Shown: piece after piece, positions 54,123-62,861 of the stretch
Position numbering within the stretch: position 1 is the first letter of the stretch
How the letters are laid out: each line of letters starts with the position of its first letter
Assembly: GCA_031431925.1 (NCBI GenBank)
Contig: JANPEL010000369.1
Location: 22,134 to 86,133 of the forward strand
Direction of reading: 5' to 3'
Source: Gemmatimonadota bacterium
GTDB taxonomy: Bacteria > Gemmatimonadota > Gemmatimonadetes > Gemmatimonadales > GWC2-71-9
DNA: 64,000 nucleotides
Notes under the pieces: generated by a model
What the model was told of the DNA's origin: nothing
The model's input: only the letters and a program-made list of their open reading frames with translations
The model's database searches: none
Position numbers and translations under genes: made by a program

Positions 54123-54608
54123 ATGCAGCCCACGCTCGCGCCCCTGGCCGATCTGTTCCGGCTCAACACCAAGTTGTTTCGGAACACCTTGGCGGGTCTT
54201 GACGAGGTCGACGCCACCGCGCGGCCGAACGAGCACACCAACAGTGCCGCCTTTATTGGCGGCCACTTGGTCGAAACCCGCGCCTGGATGGGCCGGTATC
54301 TTGGTCTCGACACCAAGGCGCCGTTTGGCGGTGTGCTCGAGCATGCGGCCAGCCTCGAGCAGCTTGCGGACCTCCCCAAACTCTCCGAAATCCGGCCCGA
54401 GTGGGAGGCGCTGAGCGAGGCGGTTTCGGTCCGCCTCGAGGAGCTGGGCGAGCCGCAGTTGGCCGGTCCGGGCACCCAGAAGTTTCCCGGGGTCGCGCCG
54501 ACGCTCTTGGGCGGGATCGGATTCTTGTTGCAGCACGAGTCGTATCACATTGGGCAGTTGGCGTATTTGCGGAAGTATCTCGGGCTCCCGCCGATGTCGT
54601 ATCGGTAG
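54123..54608 (+). CDS. DinB-family four-helix-bundle metalloprotein
   Basis: His triad pattern HLVETR ... QHESYHIGQLAY; 161 aa. Confidence 0.7.
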   Translation: MQPTLAPLADLFRLNTKLFRNTLAGLDEVDATARPNEHTNSAAFIGGHLVETRAWMGRYLGLDTKAPFGGVLEHAASLEQLADLPKLSEIRPEWEALSEAVSVRLEELGEPQLAGPGTQKFPGVAPTLLGGIGFLLQHESYHIGQLAYLRKYLGLPPMSYR

Positions 54609-54642
54609 CGGTCCGGTCATCCTACAGGGAAAGGGAAGGACC

Positions 54643-56025
54643 ATGCGGCGGAATCAGATCGCAGTGGCGGGAATCCTCGTGATGGCGGCGTGCGGCGGCG
54701 CCAAGACGGCCACGGCGCCGTCGGGCAATGCCGAACGGCAGGCGTTGGTGGCCAAGATCGATTCGATCATCAGCGAGCCCATCGCGGCCGGCAAGGTAGC
54801 CGGTGCTTCGATTGCGATCGTCAAGGGCCGGGACACGATTGCGGTGCAGGGCTTCGGCCGGGCCAACCTCGAACTCGAGGTGCCCACCAAGGCGCATGCC
54901 ACCTACGAGATCGGCTCGGTGACCAAGCAGTTTACCGGCGCGGCGATCATGCAGTTGGTGGAGCAGGGCAAGATCAACCTCGACGATGACCTGTCGAAGT
55001 ATCTGCCCGACTACAACGCCCAAGGCCGGAAGATCACGGTCGAACGGCTCCTCGATCACACCTCAGGGATCAAAGGCTACACCGAGATTCCCGAGTTCCG
55101 GACTCTCGGGGCGTTCAAATACCCCCGGGACACCTTGGTCAAGATCTTCAGCAAGAAGCCGTTCGATTTCGAGCCGGGCCAAGAGCAGATCTACAACAAC
55201 TCAGCGTTCTTCTTGGCCGGTTTGATCATCGAGAAGGCCAGCGGGATGTCGTACGAGGATTACGTCCAGAAGAACCTGTTTGACAAAGCGGGCATGAAGG
55301 ACGCCCACTATTGCAGCGAAACCAAGATCATCAAGGGCAAGGCCACCGGCTACGACGCGGACTCCGCGGGTCTGGTCCAGAAGGCGCCGATCAGCCACCA
55401 GTGGCCCTACGCGGCCGGCTCGCTTTGCTCCTCAGCCATCGATCTGGTGGCGTGGAACGAGGCGCTGCACCAGAAGGGCACGATCCTCGGTGCGGCGGCC
55501 TACCAGGAGTTCATTACCCCCGAGACCCTCATCGACGGCTCAGTGCTCGGATATTCCAAGGGTATTGCCATCTATCCGCGGCTTGGCCACAGGGCTCTGC
55601 ACCACGGTGGCGGGATCCCTGGATTCTTGTCATCGAACAACTATTTCCCCGACGATTCCTTAAGCGTCGTCGTGCTCTTCAACGGCAGCGGAGCGGGCCC
55701 GGATGAGTACGCCATGAAGATCGCGGAGCTGGTCCTTGGCAAACCGGCCGATCAGGCCAAGCCGATGGATGGCGACGCGGCCCGATTCGCCGCTGTTTAT
55801 GCCGGGCGCGGCCGGGGTCGGCCGATGGAGATGACCATCGCGGTAACCGACGGCAACGTGACGGCCAAGACGCCGTTCGGCGAGAAGCCCGACACCCTGA
55901 CCTACATCGGCAACAACACGTTCCTGATGGGGGAGACCCACCTGATCTTCACCGAGGAGGGCGGCAAGATCGCCAAGGTCCGGATCGACGGGGGCTATGG
56001 CAACAACGTTTTGAACCGGAAGTAG
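54643..56025 (+). CDS. Class C beta-lactamase-family serine hydrolase (family VIII esterase/PBP-like), lipoprotein
   Basis: Lipobox VMAACG; SxxK = SVTKQF; YxN = YNNSAFF; HGG third motif LHHGGGIPGF. Confidence 0.8.
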   Translation: MRRNQIAVAGILVMAACGGAKTATAPSGNAERQALVAKIDSIISEPIAAGKVAGASIAIVKGRDTIAVQGFGRANLELEVPTKAHATYEIGSVTKQFTGAAIMQLVEQGKINLDDDLSKYLPDYNAQGRKITVERLLDHTSGIKGYTEIPEFRTLGAFKYPRDTLVKIFSKKPFDFEPGQEQIYNNSAFFLAGLIIEKASGMSYEDYVQKNLFDKAGMKDAHYCSETKIIKGKATGYDADSAGLVQKAPISHQWPYAAGSLCSSAIDLVAWNEALHQKGTILGAAAYQEFITPETLIDGSVLGYSKGIAIYPRLGHRALHHGGGIPGFLSSNNYFPDDSLSVVVLFNGSGAGPDEYAMKIAELVLGKPADQAKPMDGDAARFAAVYAGRGRGRPMEMTIAVTDGNVTAKTPFGEKPDTLTYIGNNTFLMGETHLIFTEEGGKIAKVRIDGGYGNNVLNRK

Positions 56026-56032
56026 CGGCGCG

Positions 56033-57409
56033 ATGCGATCTCTCGGTGTGCTCTTCGTCGCCGGTGTGTGGCTCACGCCGCCGGTTCTTCCGGCCCAAAC
56101 CCGCTCCCGGGCCGAGATGGTCCGGGCCATCGATTCATTGGCCTTGGCCCCAATCCAGCGGGGCCAGATTGCCGGGATGTCGGTGGCGGTGGTCAAAGGC
56201 CGGGACACGATTCTGATCAAGGGCTACGGCAGCGCCGATCTGGAGCTCGAGGTGCCGACCCCGGCCAACGCGGTCTACGAAATCGGTTCGGTCACCAAGC
56301 AATTCACCACCGCCGCGTTGCTTCAGTTGGTGGAGCAGAGCAAGGTGTCGCTCGACGACGACATTACGAAATACCTGCCGACCTATCCGTCTCGGGGCAA
56401 CGCGATCTCGATTCGCCGGATTCTCGATCACACCTCGGGAATCAGAAGCTATACCGAGATTGCCGAGGCCCGCGGGGCCATGAAGAACCCGATCAGCAAA
56501 GATTCGCTGACCGCGCTCTTTGGCGGTAAGGGCTTCGATTTTGCGCCCGGGACGAATCTGGTCTACAACAACTCGGCGTTCTTTCTCGCCGGCCTGATTA
56601 TCGAAAAAGTCAGCGGCCATTCGTACGCCGACTATGTCCAGGCCAATATCTTCGATCGGTTGGGGATGTCGAACTCGAAGTACTGCAGTGAGTCGGCCCT
56701 GATGAAGCGCAAGGTCCATGGCTACGGCTTTGCCGGGTCGGGATTGGTCAAGGCGTTCCAGCAGGACCATAGTTGGCCCTATGCCGCCGGGTCGCTCTGC
56801 TCGACGGCCGGCGATCTGATCACGTGGCTCAGGGCCCTCCACACCACCGACCAAGTGATCAGCCGGGCCTCGTACCAGGAGATGATTACGCCGGGAACCC
56901 TGAACGACGGGTATCGAGTCCGGTACGCCAAGGGAATCGTGGCCGGTGAAGAGGACGGCCGCCGGATGATCTCGCATGGTGGCGGCATCAGTGGCTTCGT
57001 TTCGGAAACCCGGTACTATCCGGATGACGATCTCTACGTCGTCGTGCTGATCAACACCGCCGGACCCGTGGGGGCCCCGGATGGCGCCAAGGGAATCGCC
57101 CAGATTGTGTTAGGCCCCGGTAAGGCACTCAAGGGTCAGTCCTTCGCGGGCGATCTCACTCAGCTCGCCGGCAAGTATCGCGGTGTGGGCCGGGGGTTTC
57201 CGATGGAACTCACGCTGTCGGTCGACGGCGGGGTTCTCAAGGCCCGGCAAGCAAACCAAAACGCGACCCGAACTCTGACCTACCTCGGAAACGAGACCTT
57301 CCAGGGTCCAGGGTCTGATCGCTACGTCATGATTCGTGACGGCGCGAAGGTCACCGCCGTTCGGGTGGATATGGTGTCGGTCGTGTCGATGGCCCGGCGC
57401 GTCGAATGA
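56033..57409 (+). CDS. Class C beta-lactamase-family serine hydrolase, tandem paralog
   Basis: Same motifs (SVTKQF, YNNSAFF, SHGGGISGF). Collinear with the upstream gene; by eye over half the aligned residues are identical. Confidence 0.8.
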   Translation: MRSLGVLFVAGVWLTPPVLPAQTRSRAEMVRAIDSLALAPIQRGQIAGMSVAVVKGRDTILIKGYGSADLELEVPTPANAVYEIGSVTKQFTTAALLQLVEQSKVSLDDDITKYLPTYPSRGNAISIRRILDHTSGIRSYTEIAEARGAMKNPISKDSLTALFGGKGFDFAPGTNLVYNNSAFFLAGLIIEKVSGHSYADYVQANIFDRLGMSNSKYCSESALMKRKVHGYGFAGSGLVKAFQQDHSWPYAAGSLCSTAGDLITWLRALHTTDQVISRASYQEMITPGTLNDGYRVRYAKGIVAGEEDGRRMISHGGGISGFVSETRYYPDDDLYVVVLINTAGPVGAPDGAKGIAQIVLGPGKALKGQSFAGDLTQLAGKYRGVGRGFPMELTLSVDGGVLKARQANQNATRTLTYLGNETFQGPGSDRYVMIRDGAKVTAVRVDMVSVVSMARRVE

Positions 57410-58650
57410 CCCGCCGGCTGATGGCGGGGGCGCTGGCGGTCGTCGTCCCGGCCCTGTTGTTGGCTCAGAATCGGAACCCGGACGGGAGCTTGGCTCAGCC
57501 CGACGTGGCGCTGATCAACGCCAATGTCGTTGACGTCCGGGGCGGGGCGATCCGGCGCGGCGTGACCGTGCTGGTCCGCGGGGGTCGGATTGTGTCGGTG
57601 GGTGCGGCTCTGCTTGGGGCGGGAATGACGGTGGTCGATCTCCGGGGCAAGTATGTGATGCCTGGGCTGATGGATGCCCACACTCATCTCGACAACCTGG
57701 CCGCGGCCAAACGGGCTCTCGAGACCGGCGTCACCACGGTTCGAAGCGCCAGTGTCGGGTCGTTTCGGGACGTTGCCCTTCGTGAAATGTCCCGGGCCGG
57801 CTTCATCGCGGGTCCCGACGTGTTGGCGGCCGGTCTGTTCGTGACGCCGAATCTCGATGATGCGGTGCTCGCGGACCCCTCGCTCGGCAACTTGATCGCC
57901 GGGGTAACGACGATTGACCGGCTCCGCCAACTCGTCCGGGCCAACGCGGCGCACGGGGTCGACGTGATCAAGACCCGGGGTACCGAACGGGCCGGCCGGC
58001 CCGAAACCGACCCACGGCAGCAGACCTACACCGAAGCGGAGCTCCGCGCCGTCGTCGATGAAGCAGCCGCTCGGAACATTCCGATCTTGGCCCATGCCCA
58101 CGGCGATGAAGGCGCCTATGCCGCCGTCAAGGCCGGGGTCCGGAGCATTGAGCACGGGACCTACCTGTCCGACTCGACCCTGGCGTTGATGAAAGCCAAG
58201 GGCACCTACCTGGTGCCGACCTACTCGACATTGGTCGATTTGGTGGAACCGGGCGGTGACTACGATGATCCGGTCACCAAGGCGCGGGGCATGCACATGA
58301 TGCCGCGAATGGAAGAGACGTTCCGGAGGGCCCGCGCGCTCGGCATCAAGATGGTTACCGGGGCCGACGTGAGCTACACCCCGGCGAGCATCACCAGGGT
58401 GTCGCACGAGGTGGCCAACTTCGTCAAGCTCGGGATGACGCCGCTCGAAGCACTCCAATCCGCCACGTCTACAGCAGCCGAGTTGTTCCGGATCGAGAAG
58501 AAAACCGGGGCCATCGAGCCGGGTCTCGAAGCCGATCTGATCGTGGTGGAGGACAATCCGCTCGAGGTGGTGCGGACCCTTCAGGACGTTCTGTTTGTCA
58601 TGAGCAACGGGCGGATCGCGATGGACCGGCTCCGGTTCGGGAAGACCTGA
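57406..58650 (+). CDS. Secreted amidohydrolase-superfamily metallohydrolase (COG1228-like)
   Basis: GKYVMPGLMDAHTHL, ILAHAHGDEG, IEHGTYL, TGADV. ATGA overlap with the upstream gene. Confidence 0.8.
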   Translation: MTRRLMAGALAVVVPALLLAQNRNPDGSLAQPDVALINANVVDVRGGAIRRGVTVLVRGGRIVSVGAALLGAGMTVVDLRGKYVMPGLMDAHTHLDNLAAAKRALETGVTTVRSASVGSFRDVALREMSRAGFIAGPDVLAAGLFVTPNLDDAVLADPSLGNLIAGVTTIDRLRQLVRANAAHGVDVIKTRGTERAGRPETDPRQQTYTEAELRAVVDEAAARNIPILAHAHGDEGAYAAVKAGVRSIEHGTYLSDSTLALMKAKGTYLVPTYSTLVDLVEPGGDYDDPVTKARGMHMMPRMEETFRRARALGIKMVTGADVSYTPASITRVSHEVANFVKLGMTPLEALQSATSTAAELFRIEKKTGAIEPGLEADLIVVEDNPLEVVRTLQDVLFVMSNGRIAMDRLRFGKT

Positions 58651-58975
58651 TCAGGGCGTTGGCCGGAAGTGCAGGTCCAACGCGAGAAACAGGGTTTTCG
58701 AGAACGGATAGAAGAACAGCGGCATCGCGATCGCGGTGATCGGGCCGACGATCTGGAGCGTTCCCCAGGGCACGTCGGGCCAGGTCACGACGGCAACGGT
58801 GACCCACATGGCGGTATTCACGGTCTCGGCCGCGAAGAGATTGAGCCAGATCCCTCCCAAAGCATAGCCGGATCCACCGGCTGAAGAGGGGGCCACCTCC
58901 GCAAGCCGGGCACCGGCGCCGGAGGGCCCGGCCGAACATGGTCGCCGGTCGCGGTGGTGTGGTTACTGTGGGCAT
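58651..58975 (-). pseudogene. DUF983-like zinc-ribbon membrane protein, apparently frameshifted with loss of the second Cys pair
   Basis: From ATG 58975 the frame reads MPTVTTPPRPATMFGRALRRRCPACGGGPLFSRW, a family-typical N-terminus. The family-like membrane part GYALGGIWLNLFAAETVNTAMWVTVAVV...PLFFYPFSKTLFLALDL is in a different frame, beginning 4 nt later. The total span of 325 nt is not a multiple of 3. Confidence 0.4.
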
Positions 58976-59025
58976 GGCCCAAGGTCTCGGGGTCTGCCGC
59001 CGTCGTCAAGGGAGTGTCCTCGGCC

Positions 59026-59057
59026 AAGAAGAAGCCGCCCGGCGGGTGCCGGGCGGC
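59026..59057 (-). terminator. Intrinsic terminator downstream of the S8 protease gene
   Basis: On the minus strand, a 10-bp GC stem GCCGCCCGGC / GCCGGGCGGC (59034-59043 / 59048-59057) with a 4-nt loop, followed by TTCTTCTT. Confidence 0.55.
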
Positions 59058-59082
59058 GTGAAACGTGGAGCCTGGCGCCGGG

Positions 59083-60798
59083 TTAGGGCAGCACCGTGAA
59101 GGTGACCGACTTGGTACTGGTCAACCCGGCCGCATCCCTGACCGTGAGTGTCCACGTAAGAGTGCCCACGTCGAAGTTTTTGGTAAAGACCGCCGAGGTC
59201 GAAACCACGGTGCCAAGCGGATTCCGCCAGGTGTACCCCGTGACCCGGATGTCGTCGGTCGAGCCGGTGCCATCGAGCGTGCACATCCGGCCGGGAACGC
59301 AGGTTACCACCGGCACGGCGACCGGCGCTTGGTTAGTGCCGCCGCCGCCGCTGCTTACGGTGACGGTGCGGGTCACCGAGTTGGTGAGCGAGCCCGCGTC
59401 GGACACGGTCAGCCCGACGGTGTAGGTGCCGGCCGCCGCGTACGCATGACTCGGCGTGGTACCGGTGCCCGTCGAGCCATCCCCGAAGTTCCAGGCATAG
59501 GAGGTCACCCCAATGTCATCGGTCGATCCGGTGCCATTGAAGGCGCAGGAGAGGCCGGTGCAGGTCGAGGTGAAGGCCGCCGTCGGGGGTTGATTGACTG
59601 GGACGCCACCAGTCAGAAAGCCCATGTACAGCAGCTTGTTCGGTGATCCAGTGCCGGGATTGGTGACCTTGTTGCTGGTGGCGTTGCTGACCAGCGCGGT
59701 GGCGACGGCCGCGGGGGTCGCCGTTGGATTCAGTTGCAGGTAGAGGCCGGCGGCACCGGCGACGTGGGGGGCCGACATCGAGGTGCCGCTCATGGCCGCG
59801 GTGGTCGGCTGGCCGCTGGCGGTGCGATACGCCGCGGTAATCGAGGAACCGGGGGCGAAGATGTCGACGCAGGTCCCGAAGTTGGAGAAGCTCGACCGGG
59901 CATCGGCGCTCGTCGTAGACCCGACCGTCAGTGCGTTCGGCGCCGACGCCGGAGACGCGTTGCAGGCGTTGGCGTTGCTGTTGCCGGCCGAGACACTGAA
60001 CACGATGCCGGACGCCACCGCGTTGGCGACCGCGGTATTGAGGGCAGTCGACAGGCCGCCGCCCAGGCTCATGTTGGCGACCGCCGGCTTGACGGCGTTG
60101 GTCCGAACCCAGTCGATCCCGGCCACTACGCCGGAGGTAGAGCCGGATCCATTGCAGTCGAGCACTCGGACCCCAACGATGGCCATTCCCTTGGCCACGC
60201 CGTACGTGCTACCAGCGGCGGTCGATGCAGTATGGGTTCCGTGCCCGTTACAGTCGATGGCCGCGCCGCCCGCCGTGACGGCATCAAAACCGGCGGTGGC
60301 CCGGCCGGCAAAATCCGGGTGGCTGTAGAGGATGCCGGTGTCGATTCCGTAGAGATGCACCCCGGCGCCGTTCTGGGTAAACGTGTACGAGGTGCTGAGC
60401 GGAAGGTTCTGCTGGTCAATCCGATCAAGGCCCCATGAGGGGGTCGGCGTTTGGGTCGTCGTGGTCGAGAGCACGGCGTCGGGCTCGATGAATTGGACCC
60501 GAGGATCGGCCCGGAGTGCCCGAACCTGACCTGGGGTCAACACGGCGGCAAACCCCTGAATCGCATTCTCGTAGCGGTATCGCACGGCAAAGATCGCGTG
60601 CCGCTGTTCCAGCGAACCGGTCAACGCGTTCGCGCCGACCATGTTGGCCTGATATACCACCAAGTACGACTGGGCCTGCTCCGCAGGAGCCGCCGCGGTC
60701 CGGTCGGAGTTCTGGGTCTCAGGGTTCGGCGCCACCACTTCACTGCTACACCCGGCCGCGAACAGACTCATCGCGGCGAAAATTCCCCGATTTTTCAT
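59083..60798 (-). CDS. S8 subtilisin-family serine protease lipoprotein with I9-like propeptide and two C-terminal PKD domains
   Basis: Lipobox LFAAGC. Catalytic motifs YGIDTGI (Asp), GHGTHTAS (His), GTSMSAPHVAG (Ser). Two repeats of ...C.F.G.GSTDDIGVTSY.W.FGDG... Start trimmed to the ATG at 60798. Confidence 0.85.
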   Translation of the reverse strand: MKNRGIFAAMSLFAAGCSSEVVAPNPETQNSDRTAAAPAEQAQSYLVVYQANMVGANALTGSLEQRHAIFAVRYRYENAIQGFAAVLTPGQVRALRADPRVQFIEPDAVLSTTTTQTPTPSWGLDRIDQQNLPLSTSYTFTQNGAGVHLYGIDTGILYSHPDFAGRATAGFDAVTAGGAAIDCNGHGTHTASTAAGSTYGVAKGMAIVGVRVLDCNGSGSTSGVVAGIDWVRTNAVKPAVANMSLGGGLSTALNTAVANAVASGIVFSVSAGNSNANACNASPASAPNALTVGSTTSADARSSFSNFGTCVDIFAPGSSITAAYRTASGQPTTAAMSGTSMSAPHVAGAAGLYLQLNPTATPAAVATALVSNATSNKVTNPGTGSPNKLLYMGFLTGGVPVNQPPTAAFTSTCTGLSCAFNGTGSTDDIGVTSYAWNFGDGSTGTGTTPSHAYAAAGTYTVGLTVSDAGSLTNSVTRTVTVSSGGGGTNQAPVAVPVVTCVPGRMCTLDGTGSTDDIRVTGYTWRNPLGTVVSTSAVFTKNFDVGTLTWTLTVRDAAGLTSTKSVTFTVLP

Positions 60799-61140
60799 GG
60801 AGGGCCCCTGTCGAATTGAATGGGTTCGCTTTGGTCCTTGATATCGCATCAGCGTAATAATCCTAGCCATTTTTGCCAACATATTCTAGCTGTGCGTCCG
60901 TACCACATGTCTTTGCCGTTCAATCACTTATAGTGAGCCTTTTGAACACATCGACCGATATTCATCACATTTTCTGACCGAATATTGGTCAGTCGAGCTT
61001 CCGGAGGCCAATGGGAGGACTTGCCGACGGGCCGAAACCAAGACGATGGCATCCTCAGGTCACCGCCCGGACCGCCGATACTACCCGATGCGGACCATAG
61101 CAGGCTGGAACCGGGAGTTCGGGTCAACGGGGAGCGTGGG

Positions 61141-61851
61141 ATGTCGGTAGAGCTGGATCAGGATCTGATGCTCGAGTTCAAGGCGGCCGCCCGGCACGCC
61201 ATCGTGGATCTCGGCACCTGGCTTGGCGCGCTCCCGAGTGACCCCACAGCGCAGGAGCGGATTACCAGGCTGGCCCACCAGCTTCGCGGCTCCGGGGGTG
61301 CCTACGGCTTTCCCGCCGTGTCGACGGCGGCCGCCCGAGTCGAAGAATCGACCCGGCGGGCCCTTCGCGGGCGGGTCAATCGCTTAGTGGTTGAGCTGGC
61401 CGCGGTCGACTCCGCCATTCCCGACGCCCCGCCGTCGCCGCCGGCCCCGATTGCCGTGGTCCCGACGCCGGATCATCAGGTTCGGATCCTGATTGCCGAG
61501 GATGACCGACTCACGTTGTCGCTCGTCAAGGACCGGCTCGAACGGGCGGGCCATCAGGTCGATCATCGACCCGACGGGATTGAGGCGTTGGAGGCGGCGA
61601 CGAGCGGCTCATACGATCTCTTCATCATCGACGTGAAAATGCCCCGGCTCGACGGATTCGGCTTGGTCCAACAGGTCCGCGCGTTGCCCCGGTACGCCAA
61701 AACCCCGGTCCTCATGTTGACGGCGTTAGGTGGTCCCCAAGACGTCGTCCGGGGGTTTCAGATCGGTGTCGACGACTATGTCCGGAAGCCGTTTTCGCCC
61801 ACCGAACTTCTCGCTCGAGTCGACCGGCTCCTCGCACGCCCGGCCCGATGA
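61141..61851 (+). CDS. Hpt domain fused N-terminally to a receiver (REC) domain; no output domain
   Basis: Hpt motif RLAHQLRGSGGAYGF. REC: RILIAEDDRLT, phospho-acceptor context LFIIDVKMPRLDG, PVLMLTA, DDYVRKPF. Start trimmed to the ATG at 61141. Confidence 0.8.
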   Translation: MSVELDQDLMLEFKAAARHAIVDLGTWLGALPSDPTAQERITRLAHQLRGSGGAYGFPAVSTAAARVEESTRRALRGRVNRLVVELAAVDSAIPDAPPSPPAPIAVVPTPDHQVRILIAEDDRLTLSLVKDRLERAGHQVDHRPDGIEALEAATSGSYDLFIIDVKMPRLDGFGLVQQVRALPRYAKTPVLMLTALGGPQDVVRGFQIGVDDYVRKPFSPTELLARVDRLLARPAR

Positions 61852-62861
61852 CCTCCCCGGCGTTGGCCGCGTCGGACCCCGCGCTTCGGTTGCTCGCCGT
61901 GGGCCTCCTGCTGCTGCTCCTCTTGATTGCCGCTTTGATCCGGACCGCGCTGTCCTACCGGGTGGCGAACAATCGCACCCGCACGCAGTGGTTGCGGCGG
62001 GAAGCGGCGTGGGAGCCGGCCGTCCTCAGCGTGCTCGGCGGCGGGTTGGCCGATGCGGAGCTCCACGCCCTCGTCGGAAGTCCCGACCGGCTGTATTTCG
62101 TCGATTACCTCCTCCGGTTTGCCCGGCGGCTCCAGGGCGATGAGCGTGCCACGGTTGAACGGCTGGCCGCACCCTATCTGCCCGCGATCGCGGCGCGCCT
62201 CGATCAGCGAGACGAGGAGTTCCGGGCTCGCGCCATCAACACCTTGAGTAGCCTCGGCCTTTCGGACTACGGTCCGGTCGTGGTGGCGGCGCTTGATGAC
62301 CGGTCCGACCTGGTTGCGATGGTGGCGGCCCGGTCCCTCGCGCGGCCGGGGGTGCCCGAGTATGCCGAGGAGGTGCTCCGGCGGCTGGGGCGGTTTCGGC
62401 AGTGGCGCCCCAGTTTCCTGGCGTCGATGTTGGCGCAAATCGGTCTCGATGTCGCTCCCGTCCTCAGGCGCACTCTAACCGACGCCGCGGTCGAGCCCGG
62501 GGTCCGGGCCATTGCCGCCGAGGCCCTTCGTGAACTTCACGATCCGGAAGCGGCTGACCCGGCGGCCGAGGTGCTTCGGACCAGCGAAGACCGCGAACTG
62601 GTCGCCGCGGCTCTCGGCGTATTGATGGAGGTCGGCCAGCGAGAGCACCTCGACCAGGTCCGCCCGTTGGTCGGCTCGAAGGAGCCGATCCTTCGAGCCA
62701 GGGCCTATGCCATCGTGGCGCGATTGGGCGGGGTCGACGACGTGGCGCTGATTCGGAAAGCGTTCCAAGACGACTCGCCCTGGGTCGTGATTCGGGTGGT
62801 GGACACCCTGCGGGCGGCGGGGGCCCGCGAGGTGCTTGCGCAGCTTGGCGAGGCCACGTGA
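61848..62861 (+). CDS. Membrane-anchored HEAT-repeat protein
   Basis: N-terminal TM LRLLAVGLLLLLLLIAALI. Repeated D-x-x-VR-x-x-A-x-x-AL type HEAT/PBS-lyase repeats (FRARAINTLSSLG, LVAMVAARSLAR, VRAIAAEALRELHD, ILRARAYAIVARLG, WVVIRVVDTLRAAG). ATGA overlap with the upstream gene. Confidence 0.7.
   Translation: MTSPALAASDPALRLLAVGLLLLLLLIAALIRTALSYRVANNRTRTQWLRREAAWEPAVLSVLGGGLADAELHALVGSPDRLYFVDYLLRFARRLQGDERATVERLAAPYLPAIAARLDQRDEEFRARAINTLSSLGLSDYGPVVVAALDDRSDLVAMVAARSLARPGVPEYAEEVLRRLGRFRQWRPSFLASMLAQIGLDVAPVLRRTLTDAAVEPGVRAIAAEALRELHDPEAADPAAEVLRTSEDRELVAAALGVLMEVGQREHLDQVRPLVGSKEPILRARAYAIVARLGGVDDVALIRKAFQDDSPWVVIRVVDTLRAAGAREVLAQLGEAT

Noticed and set aside
53183-54475. 430-aa minus-strand and 389-aa plus-strand ORFs over the class A-like hydrolase and DinB genes
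   Set aside because: No domain signatures and extreme Arg/Pro/Gly content. They overlap better-supported genes.
53222-57409. Beta-lactam resistance island (three beta-lactamase-fold genes)
   Set aside because: The motifs are of the non-lactamase type (KPG without Glu166, and the HGG third motif). No mobile-element context is present. These are more likely environmental peptidases or esterases.
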